Assembly: GCA_012837615.1 (NCBI GenBank)
Contig: DUQX01000027.1
Span: forward strand, 1-60,147
DNA: 60,147 bases
Source of the DNA: Bacillota bacterium
GTDB taxonomy: Bacteria; Bacillota; Dethiobacteria; DTU022; UBA8154
Direction of reading: 5' to 3'
Made by a program: the position numbers and the translations under genes. How positions within the stretch are numbered: position 1 is the first letter of the stretch; each line of letters begins with the position of its first letter. Positions 1 to 7,862 of the stretch are shown here, piece after piece. The notes under the pieces were generated by a model, which was not told where the DNA came from, ran no database searches, and worked only from the letters and a program-made list of their open reading frames with translations.

Positions 1-368
1 ACGGGTATATCGAGGAGATCACACAGATCATTCATGAAATTGGTATCCCGGCGCATATTAAGGGCTATCTTTATCTTCGCGATGCAATCTCGATGGTAGC
101 TGAAGAGATTGAACTTCTCGGTTCAATTACAAAAATATTATATCCGCGTATTGCTCAAAAATATGAAACTACTCCGAGCAGGGTAGAGAGGGCAATTCGC
201 CATGCTATTGAAGTAGCCTGGGCAAGAAATAACATCGATACAATAAAGAAATTTTTTGGATACACAATCAATACTGAAAAAGGGAAGCCTACAAATTCTG
301 AGTTTATAGCTCTTGTAGCTGACAGAATTAGGCTAAAGAATAGAAAGTACGACTACAAAGTCCTCTAA
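1..368 (+). CDS. spo0A: Spo0A sporulation master regulator, C-terminal DNA-binding domain (5' partial; frame begins at nt 3)
   Basis: The frame is open from the window edge. The translation [20 protein letters not shown]...[17 protein letters not shown]...[17 protein letters not shown] matches the Spo0A C-terminal signature. Confidence 0.9.
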   Translation, partial: GYIEEITQIIHEIGIPAHIKGYLYLRDAISMVAEEIELLGSITKILYPRIAQKYETTPSRVERAIRHAIEVAWARNNIDTIKKFFGYTINTEKGKPTNSEFIALVADRIRLKNRKYDYKVL

Positions 369-556
369 AAAGGTAAGGGGCTAGAAGCGAGGGGCTAGAA
401 AATGTGGTGAAATAGTGGGCATGCTTATATCAAGATACATAAATGAGAATATGTAACACAACATAGCATGACATATTTATTATGTTCTGAATTACTTTAT
501 TTTTCCTGTACCCAACCTGCATGCTAACACAATATCATACTGTTACCACATATCAT

Positions 557-588
557 CGCGGTTGCATGCAACCGCGCGGCATTTTTTT
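557..588 (+). terminator. Intrinsic terminator-like hairpin
   Basis: Perfect palindrome cgcggttgca/tgcaaccgcg (557-576), followed 5 nt later by T7 (582-588). Confidence 0.55.
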
Positions 589-595
589 GAATAAG

Positions 596-617
596 AGGCG
601 TTTAAAACGCCTTTTTT
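596..617 (+). terminator. Second intrinsic terminator in tandem
   Basis: aggcgttt/aaaacgcct hairpin followed directly by T6. Confidence 0.55.
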
Positions 618-656
618 GTTTAAATTTAATAAATGGGGTTAAATTAAATATAGAAG

Positions 657-1784
657 GTGTTAGGCGTGGAAAAAAAAATCAAAGGTATTCTAAAAAAAGA
701 CCGTAGAACAAAAAATCTTTGCAAAAGACTGCAACCAGGCGACATTGCCTTAATTGCTCACAACAATCTCGATGAGCTGGCGGGGCAGGAGCTTGCAGAA
801 GCAGGGGTTAAAGCGGTAATTAATATCGATAACACTATAAGCGGCGAGTATCCTGCTTTGGGAGCAAAAGTTTTGCTTGATAAAGGTATTTATGTTTTAG
901 ACAATGTAGGAGAAAAGATATACTCACTTGCCCGCGAGGGAGAAGTAATCACTATAGCCGGATGCAATATTTATTTTGAGGGAAAAAAACTGGGAGAGGG
1001 CAGAGTAATAAATAGAGAATTTCTAAAAAGGAAACTGGGCCTGGCGGAGAAAAATTTAAAACAGCAGCTGGATTTATTCGTACAAAATACTCTGGATTAT
1101 GCAAGGAAGGAAAAAGATCTAATCCTCAAAAATCTGGAGATTCCTGATATTAGAACAAAGCTGGCAGGAAAACATGTGCTTGTTGTTGTAAGGGGCAAAA
1201 ATTATAAAAAAGATCTGCAAACGATACGCTCTTATATTAAGGAAGTTAAGCCGGTTCTTATCGGCGTCGATGGGGGTGGGGATGCTCTTTGCAAGATGGG
1301 GTTCAGGCCACACCTTATTATCGGAGATATGGATAGCGTTGAAGACAGCTCACTAAAAAAAACCAGGGAAATAATCGTCCACGCTTATCCGGACGGCAGG
1401 GCTCCGGGGATGGACCGCATTTCCCGCATGGGCTTAAAAGCAAAAGTAATCGCGGCACCGGGTACCAGCGAGGATTTGGCATTATTATTAGCTTATGAAA
1501 AAAAAGCGGAGCTGATTGTTGCTGTGGGTTCCCATTCCCACATGCTTGACTTTTTGGAAAAAGGAAGAAAAGGAATGGCTTCAACTTTCCTGGTACGCTT
1601 GAAAATAGGTCATAAACTGGTGGATGCTAGAGGCCTTGCCCACCTGTATCGGGGAGGCATAAGGTGGCAGTATTTATCAATTTTAGTGGCCTCAGCAATT
1701 TTTCCAATCATTGTGCTGGCTTCCCTTTCGCCGCTTGTCCGTCATTTTTTTTATCTTCTTTCCTGGCGGTTCGGTTTTTACTGA
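657..1784 (+). CDS. SteA-like protein (thiamine-pyrophosphokinase-like domain, C-terminal membrane anchor)
   Basis: N-terminus DRRTKNLCKRLQPGDIALIAHNNLDELAG...AGVKAVINIDNTISGEYPALGAKVLLDKGIYVLD resembles the SteA family, and there is a hydrophobic C-terminal helix. A second GTG at 666 is better spaced from the agaaggtg SD. Confidence 0.6.
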   Translation: MLGVEKKIKGILKKDRRTKNLCKRLQPGDIALIAHNNLDELAGQELAEAGVKAVINIDNTISGEYPALGAKVLLDKGIYVLDNVGEKIYSLAREGEVITIAGCNIYFEGKKLGEGRVINREFLKRKLGLAEKNLKQQLDLFVQNTLDYARKEKDLILKNLEIPDIRTKLAGKHVLVVVRGKNYKKDLQTIRSYIKEVKPVLIGVDGGGDALCKMGFRPHLIIGDMDSVEDSSLKKTREIIVHAYPDGRAPGMDRISRMGLKAKVIAAPGTSEDLALLLAYEKKAELIVAVGSHSHMLDFLEKGRKGMASTFLVRLKIGHKLVDARGLAHLYRGGIRWQYLSILVASAIFPIIVLASLSPLVRHFFYLLSWRFGFY

Positions 1785-1813
1785 GTTTAATATGTTTACT
1801 AGGGTGTGTACAT

Positions 1814-2668
1814 ATGGATCAGCAAAATCATTTTTTTTCGCTAATAGCTGTATTTTTGGCCCTGGGCATAGGAATTCTGATCGGAGCTTCCATGGGAGAA
1901 AATGCGCTTATACATAATCAAATTGCCGTTATTGAAAATTTAAGAAACGAAATAATGCGCTATAAAGACGAGATTAATACCTATTTTTCCTCGTTAACAC
2001 TTCTGAAAGAAGAGCTAATTTATTGGGAATCATTGGAAGAAGAATATTTGAATCCCCTGCTTCTTGAAAATAAACTTTTAAACTGCTCTGTTAAAGTGAT
2101 CGTCCGAGAAGAAATTCCCGAGGATCTGCTTGAATTTTTAAAGTTGACGGGAGCTTCTTATCGCATTTATGTTTTTGATGAGGAATTCAGCGGGGAAAAA
2201 CCCGTTTTGTTGCAAGAATTTGCGAATAAAGGATTATTATTTAACAGCAAGGCTGAACTGTATAATAATCTGGGAAATGAGTTAATACTATCTTCTGAAA
2301 AACAGGATATAGCAGGAGACAGTATATTAAATATCCTAAAGGAAAAAAAATTACTGGAGATCGTCCCCGGTGAAAATATAGGTGCAAAATCCGATGGAAA
2401 AAGCGTATCCCCATTCAATGAAATTGTAAAAGAAATTTTTATTGCCACCAATTCCTCTGATCCGTTTTTTGCTTATCTTGTTGAAATGATCGGAAGAGAA
2501 CAAATTATTATCTGGGAGGATTTTATTGATAATTATTTTATGAGCGTAGCAGATGTAGAAGATAGTATTGCCGGCGCAGAGGGCGACTCTGTATCTTTTA
2601 GCAGGCACGGTGCGAGCAGACTTTGTGGCAGGTTAGAACTGCTGGAGTTAATCAATAATATAATTTGA
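1814..2668 (+). CDS. MctB-like 'copper transporter' family protein (DUF3186-like), N-terminal TM helix plus coiled coil
   Basis: From ATG 1814: MDQQNHFFSLIAVFLALGIGILIGASMG followed by a heptad-like region. The track ORF from 1664 overlaps the SteA tail and is probably over-extended. Confidence 0.5.
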   Translation: MDQQNHFFSLIAVFLALGIGILIGASMGENALIHNQIAVIENLRNEIMRYKDEINTYFSSLTLLKEELIYWESLEEEYLNPLLLENKLLNCSVKVIVREEIPEDLLEFLKLTGASYRIYVFDEEFSGEKPVLLQEFANKGLLFNSKAELYNNLGNELILSSEKQDIAGDSILNILKEKKLLEIVPGENIGAKSDGKSVSPFNEIVKEIFIATNSSDPFFAYLVEMIGREQIIIWEDFIDNYFMSVADVEDSIAGAEGDSVSFSRHGASRLCGRLELLELINNII

Positions 2669-2719
2669 TAATAAATGATAAAGAGCATGGAAAAATTATT
2701 GAGTTTGAGGGGGAAGAAT

Positions 2720-3382
2720 ATGCTGGTTTCTGCAATTGTCCCCGCCTACAATGAAGAAGGATGGGTTGGGAAAACAGTGGAAGCCCTGCTTAAGCTGCCG
2801 GAAATCTGTGAAGTAATTGTCGTCGATGATGGCTCGATTGATAAAACAGCCCTTGAAGCTCTAAATGCCGGGGCCATTGTGTGCCGTAACAGTGCAAACA
2901 GGGGAAAAAGCCAGGCGCTGAGAAATGGTGCCAGCATTGCCAGGGGAGGAATGCTGGCCTTTGTGGATGCCGATCTCAAGGATTCAGCTTCAGAAGTGAG
3001 CAAACTAATATCGCCTGTTATGGCTGATGAAGCTGATATGACCGTGGCCCGTTTTATATCTTCAGGAAAAGCCGGGGGGATGGGTCTGGTAAAATCCCTT
3101 GCCTACTGGAGCATTCGATATTATACCGGACAAAAAATGCTTGCCCCCTTATCCGGACAGCGTGTTATCAAGCGCTCCTTGTGGGAAGCAATAGATTTTA
3201 AGGCAGAAGGCTTTGCTGCTGAAGTAGCGTTGACAATTGAGAGCATTAAAAAGGGTTTTAGAGTAAAAGAGGTCCCGGTAGAAATGAATCATCGCGTGTG
3301 GGGAAACGATTTACGCTCTTTTTTTCACCGGGGATCCCAGTTTTTTGCAGTAATGAAGTTGCTTTTACAACATAATCTTTGA
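2720..3382 (+). CDS. Family 2 glycosyltransferase (Dpm1/GpgS-like)
   Basis: VSAIVPAYNEE...VIVVDDGSIDKT...FVDADL motifs. ATG 2720 follows the SD gagggggaag. The track start at 2675 lacks an SD. Confidence 0.8.
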   Translation: MLVSAIVPAYNEEGWVGKTVEALLKLPEICEVIVVDDGSIDKTALEALNAGAIVCRNSANRGKSQALRNGASIARGGMLAFVDADLKDSASEVSKLISPVMADEADMTVARFISSGKAGGMGLVKSLAYWSIRYYTGQKMLAPLSGQRVIKRSLWEAIDFKAEGFAAEVALTIESIKKGFRVKEVPVEMNHRVWGNDLRSFFHRGSQFFAVMKLLLQHNL

Positions 3383-3413
3383 GCACCAGAGCTCCGGCTG
3401 TTTTTAAAAGGCT

Positions 3414-3611
3414 TGTAACTACTCAGGGCAGAGGAAAATCAGGGCATAGGAAACGGCAGGTGTGCAAAAAGTCACAGTATGAAAAATGAATTGTCACCCT
3501 AACATAACTTGTCACTCTGAACATAACTTGCACTCTGAACGTAGTGAAGAGTCTTGGATCCTTCGCTAACGCTCAGGATGACAATGCCGCGCATAGCTGT
3601 GAGCAGTTACA
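3414..3611. mobile_element. MITE-like element copy A (198 bp), TIR TGTAACT...AGTTACA, flanked by direct AAGGCT
   Basis: Ends are tgtaactactca (3414-) and tgagcagttaca (-3611). Identical AAGGCT hexamers sit at 3408-3413 and 3612-3617. The interior aligns with copies at 5720-5922 (inverted) and 10486-10654, and contains a 19-nt internal triplication. Confidence 0.75.
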
Positions 3612-3686
3612 AAGGCTTATATAATTCTAAATATCTTGGCATCAAGCCATTCTTGAACACTAAAAGTAAAGGGAGTTTTTGCGGGT

Positions 3687-4523
3687 ATGGAAATTATCAT
3701 CGGTATAGTATTAATTCCCGTTCTAACAGTTTATTTTTTGACTCCTTATTACATTGAGATACACGAAAGAAAAGCAAGGGCGATAACATTAAATTATGAG
3801 GGGAAAAGGGTCGTTACAACAGGCGGCGTTATCTTATTGACAGCCTTAGTGTTTTCCAATGTATTTCTTTACTTCAGATCGCAAAATTTTTACCCTTTTC
3901 ATCAACCATCAGTAAGCTGGTTCGCGCTAATTTATTTTGCTGGGGTAACCCTGTTGGGTGCTGTGGACGATATCCGGGGTGAAAAGAAATGTAAAGGTTT
4001 TAGCGGACATCTGAATAAATTATGGAGACGGGAGGGTATTTCTACGGGCATTTATAAAGCTGCAGGGGGAGGGTTGCTAGGGGCCGCCCTCTCAGCTTAT
4101 GTAGTGGGGATCTCTGCCTGGCCTGAGTGGATTTTTAAAGGACTTTTTCTGGCCCTGTTTTCTAATATTTTCAATCTCCTGGATACCAGGCCCGCGAGAG
4201 CTACAAAGGTATTTCTTGTTTTATCTCTGGTGCTTATGCTCATTAAGGGTCCCTTTCCCGTGCTTTTTTCGCTCTGGAGCGCGCTTTATGTTTACCTGTT
4301 CTGGGAAATGAAAAAAAGCATTATGCTTGGCGATGCCGGCGCTTACCTGCTGGGGGGAGTGTTGGGTTATTATTTGATTCTTAATTTATCGTTGGGATTA
4401 TTAATTGCGATAAGCTTTATGCTGATCTTTCTGCACTGGTACTTAGAGAAATTTTCCCTTAGCAGGCTTCTGGAAGAAAAAGTGCTCTTCTATCGCCTGA
4501 ACCGAACGAACGGGAGAGGTTGA
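3687..4523 (+). CDS. Family 4 glycosyltransferase (MraY/WecA-like polyprenyl-phosphate sugar-phosphate transferase)
   Basis: Polytopic membrane protein with LGAVDDIRG, NIFNLLD and MLGDAGAYLLG motifs typical of the MraY/WecA superfamily. Confidence 0.75.
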   Translation: MEIIIGIVLIPVLTVYFLTPYYIEIHERKARAITLNYEGKRVVTTGGVILLTALVFSNVFLYFRSQNFYPFHQPSVSWFALIYFAGVTLLGAVDDIRGEKKCKGFSGHLNKLWRREGISTGIYKAAGGGLLGAALSAYVVGISAWPEWIFKGLFLALFSNIFNLLDTRPARATKVFLVLSLVLMLIKGPFPVLFSLWSALYVYLFWEMKKSIMLGDAGAYLLGGVLGYYLILNLSLGLLIAISFMLIFLHWYLEKFSLSRLLEEKVLFYRLNRTNGRG

Positions 4524-4524
4524 A

Positions 4525-5619
4525 TTGATCGAAACCGCGATGGGTACAGTAGAAAATATCCTCTGGTCGAGGAAGGGAATACAATGCCTGGAGGTAAGCA
4601 GGGGGGAAACAAGGGAAAAAGCTATTAATTACCCCCCTCTAACGGGAACGGCCCTGCCGGGGCAGAAGGTCATATTAAATACCGCCGCCATAACGCTCGG
4701 GTTGGGAAGCGGGGGCTATCATTTCGTTATTGCAAATGAGGCCACAAATAATTTAACTTTATCCCCCGGGGGCCATATTATGAAATTGCGCTATACGCCG
4801 CTGCAGCTTAAAGTTCAGGTCTATGAGGAGTTCTTGAAAGACAAAAATCCGCTTCTGGCAAAAGGTAAATACCGGGGCTTGAAGGGCGTTCCTGTAGTAA
4901 TAGGCGAGCTGCACAGTATGCTGGCTCCTTTTGTCCTGGCGCTGAAAAGGTTAAATCCAGAACGCAAGATCGCCTATGTCATGACCGACAGCGCAGCCCT
5001 GCCGCTTTACCTCAGCAATACAGTGCATCGATTGAAAGGTGATTCTTTACTCGAGGGGACGGTTACCTGCGGCCATGCTTTTGGAGGAGACCTGGAAACA
5101 GTTAATATTTATACAGCCCTGATGGCGGCCAAAGAAGAACTCGGTGCAGAGGTAATTGTCATTATGCCCGGGCCGGGTGTGGTGGGAACTTCTACCCGCT
5201 ATGGCTTTAGCGGTGTTGAACAGGGAGAACATATTGACAGGATCCGAAAGATGGGGGGAACACCGGTTCTCATACCCAGGATTAGCTTCAGCGATAAAAG
5301 GGCAAGGCATATCGGATTAAGCCACCATACGCTGACCGTTCTCGGGGAAATATCCTCCGGCAGCGCTTACCTCCCGTTGCCGGTTTTTGACCGGAAAAAA
5401 ATGCTCTGCATCCTTTACCAGTTGAAAAAAAATAATTTGTTCAGAAAGCACAGGGTAGAATTTATAAAAAGTACCGGGAAATTGCAACTTCTCAAAAATA
5501 GGGGCTATGATTTGCGTACAATGGGAAGAAGAATCGGTGAGGATCCGGCATTTTTTATTGTCGCTGCAACAGCCGCATTTTTTACAGAAAAATTGTATAC
5601 AAGAAAAAACGCCAGGTAA
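4525..5619 (+). CDS. DUF3866-like protein
   Basis: 364-aa soluble ORF starting 2 nt after the GT4 stop. The LNTAAITLGLGSGGYHFV and GELHSMLAP segments recall DUF3866. The assignment is from memory only. Confidence 0.5.
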   Translation: MIETAMGTVENILWSRKGIQCLEVSRGETREKAINYPPLTGTALPGQKVILNTAAITLGLGSGGYHFVIANEATNNLTLSPGGHIMKLRYTPLQLKVQVYEEFLKDKNPLLAKGKYRGLKGVPVVIGELHSMLAPFVLALKRLNPERKIAYVMTDSAALPLYLSNTVHRLKGDSLLEGTVTCGHAFGGDLETVNIYTALMAAKEELGAEVIVIMPGPGVVGTSTRYGFSGVEQGEHIDRIRKMGGTPVLIPRISFSDKRARHIGLSHHTLTVLGEISSGSAYLPLPVFDRKKMLCILYQLKKNNLFRKHRVEFIKSTGKLQLLKNRGYDLRTMGRRIGEDPAFFIVAATAAFFTEKLYTRKNAR

Positions 5620-5627
5620 ACGGATAG

Positions 5628-5673
5628 CTTTTTTCCTCCTTTCTTCTTTTCCCTTCTCCTTTCCCCTTCTCCT
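5628..5673 (+). repeat. 46-nt uninterrupted homopyrimidine (C/T) tract
   Basis: cttttttcctcctttcttcttttcccttctcctttccccttctcct directly after the DUF3866 stop. No purine occurs in 46 nt. Confidence 0.9.
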
Positions 5674-5719
5674 GATGCAGCCAACTGCGGCACGGGATAC
5701 CTGCAGGATTAAGAATAAC

Positions 5720-5922
5720 AGTAACTGCTGAGCTATGCGCAAGATTTTCAGATTGTCAGGCTGTCAGATTGTCATCCTGAGCGTTAGCGAAGGATCTTTG
5801 TCCTGAGAGGAGCGAAGGATCCTGACTCTTCACTACGTTCGGGTGTCAGGTAGTGTGACTTTTTGCACACCTGACACCCGCTGTTCCTTATGCTCTGTTT
5901 GTGTTTGCTCTGAGGAGTTACG
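5720..5922. mobile_element. MITE-like element copy B (about 203 bp), inverted relative to copies A and C
   Basis: The reverse complement aligns end to end with copies A and C. Ends are agtaactgctgag and ctgaggagttacg. The gcgaaggatc core box is duplicated. A perfect 10-bp hairpin is present: ggtgtcaggt...acctgacacc. Confidence 0.7.
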
Positions 5923-6101
5923 AATTATACTTTAACTGCCAGCTGTTCTTTCATTTTGCCTATCCTCCCGGTTTTGCATCAATATTTCTTTTCCTCTTTT
6001 TTTCCCCTTTATACATAAATCTAAACATATTCCCTTTTAAGATAACATATTATTAAGCAGTTAGTAGGACAAACCCCTCAGCGAGGTTTACGAGGTTTAC
6101 T

Positions 6102-6740
6102 ATGTTAAAACGATTCCAGAGAGATTTGTTGGAATATATCAGGGAAAACCTGGGCATATATACTGTTGTTACCATATTTTTTCTGACCGGTCTTCTTGTT
6201 GGGCCAATTTTGCTCGGGTTTTTACAGGATAGCCAGTTAACAGAACTGGGAACGGCGGTGAGTTTATTTTTTGAAGGGCTGAAAAACGATTCAGATATTG
6301 TCCTGCAGCCGCTTGAGCTATTAAAAATGTCTTATCGAAAAAATATTCTGTTACTAATAATGCTATGGCTGCTGGGCTTGCTTTGGATGGGTTCCCCGTT
6401 TATTTTGCTACTGCTTATTCTAAAGGGGTTTGCCATTGGTTTTACCGTTGGGTTTATGGTCAGCCATTACTCGCTTAAAGGAGTTATCTTTTGTTTAGCT
6501 GCTTTATTGCCGCACAATATCTTACTGGTACCTGTTTATCTCGCTGCAGGAGCTACAGCGATGACTTTTTCAATTATAAAAATAAAAGATCGTTTGGCGA
6601 AAAAGCGTATGGACAAGAGCCGGTATTTTCAACAGTACTGTACAATGATGTTTGCGCTGCTGGTTCTCATTTTAATCGGCGGCCTGATTGAAGCTTACAT
6701 AACTCCCGTTTTTATGGAACTTGTAGTTAACATAATATAA
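6102..6740 (+). CDS. spoIIM: Stage II sporulation protein M
   Basis: Polytopic 212-aa protein with SpoIIM-like LPHNILLVPVYLAAGA and IEAYITPVF segments, in the conserved position upstream of xerD. Confidence 0.8.
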   Translation: MLKRFQRDLLEYIRENLGIYTVVTIFFLTGLLVGPILLGFLQDSQLTELGTAVSLFFEGLKNDSDIVLQPLELLKMSYRKNILLLIMLWLLGLLWMGSPFILLLLILKGFAIGFTVGFMVSHYSLKGVIFCLAALLPHNILLVPVYLAAGATAMTFSIIKIKDRLAKKRMDKSRYFQQYCTMMFALLVLILIGGLIEAYITPVFMELVVNII

Positions 6741-6919
6741 TTAATTGCATAAGCTGGGAAAAAAGGATAAATTATAACCTCATATCTTCCGCTTATAACA
6801 AATTATATTTATGCGCGGTTAATTATTTGTTTGAAAACATCCTGAAAAAAGGGTTTTCGCGATATGTGTGGAATAACTTATTTAAATTGCTGTTTTTTAG
6901 TTAAAGGGGATATCCTTGG

Positions 6920-7807
6920 ATGGAAAGGATTTTAAAGGATTTTATCTATTATCTTTCGGTAGAAAAGGGGCTTGCAGAAAATACTCTGGAATCCTATCAA
7001 AGAGATTTAAAAAAATATCTAGGGTTTTTAAAAAAACGGGGGATAAAAGCTTTTAACGCTACTACAAAAAAACTAATTGTGGAGTATTTGGCTGAACAAA
7101 AAGAAAAAGGCTTGGCCGTTTCTACTATAACGAGGAATTTAGCTTCCATTCGTTCTTTTTATCAATATCTTTTAATGGAACAAATAATCCTGGAAAATCC
7201 CGCCGGGGAACTTGAATCCCCAAAAGCAGAAAAAAAATTACCTACTGTTTTATCGTTTAAAGATGTTGACCTGCTGCTTAGCCAGCCACAGGTAAAGGAA
7301 AATATCGGCATGAGGGATAAAGCGATGCTGGAGCTGTTGTATGCTACAGGAATACGTGTTTCAGAGCTTGTTTCTTTGAATCTTGATAATGTTAACCTGA
7401 AAATGGGGTTTTTAAAATGTGAGGGTAAGGGCAATAAGGAAAGGATGGTACCCCTTGGTTCTGTTGCGATTAAATGCCTTCAAGATTACATCCAAAACGG
7501 GAGGCTAAAATTGCTCAACCAAAAAGACGAAAGGGCGCTTTTTTTAAACCAGCACGGCAAACGGTTAACACGCCAGGGTTTTTGGAAAATATTGAAGAAA
7601 TACGCTCGGAAAACCGGAATCAATGCGGAGATCACCCCTCATACGCTGCGCCATTCATTTGCCACGCATCTACTTGAAAACGGCGCAGATCTTCGTTCTG
7701 TACAAGAGATGCTCGGTCATGCAGATATCTCTACCACTCAAATTTATACCCAGATTACAAGAAAGAAAATAAAAGAAATATACAATCAGACACATCCCCG
7801 CGCTTAG
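6920..7807 (+). CDS. xerD: Tyrosine site-specific recombinase XerD
   Basis: Full-length XerD-like sequence with ATGIRVSEL, HTLRHSFATHLLENGADLRSVQEMLGHADISTTQIYT and a catalytic Tyr. SD aaagggga lies upstream. Confidence 0.85.
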   Translation: MERILKDFIYYLSVEKGLAENTLESYQRDLKKYLGFLKKRGIKAFNATTKKLIVEYLAEQKEKGLAVSTITRNLASIRSFYQYLLMEQIILENPAGELESPKAEKKLPTVLSFKDVDLLLSQPQVKENIGMRDKAMLELLYATGIRVSELVSLNLDNVNLKMGFLKCEGKGNKERMVPLGSVAIKCLQDYIQNGRLKLLNQKDERALFLNQHGKRLTRQGFWKILKKYARKTGINAEITPHTLRHSFATHLLENGADLRSVQEMLGHADISTTQIYTQITRKKIKEIYNQTHPRA

Positions 7808-7862
7808 AGGGTATGTGTCTCTATTATCTTAGATCTTTTTTCCTTCTTAAAGGAGGTTAATT

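Noticed and set aside
3554-3757. Track ORFs translating the repeat elements: 3554-3757 (+), 5507-5731 (+), 5317-5742 (-), 10582-10821 (-), 10043-10507 (-).
   Set aside because: They read through MITE copies, the pyrimidine tract or the microsatellite, giving SLTLRMT or HPSIPSIYPIHP low-complexity peptides. They lack SD sequences, and some overlap the ends of real genes.
6920-7807. Tyrosine recombinase as a marker of an integrated mobile element.
   Set aside because: The sequence and the spoIIM-xerD-deoB context fit the housekeeping chromosome-dimer resolvase XerD. No att repeats or phage or ICE genes flank it.
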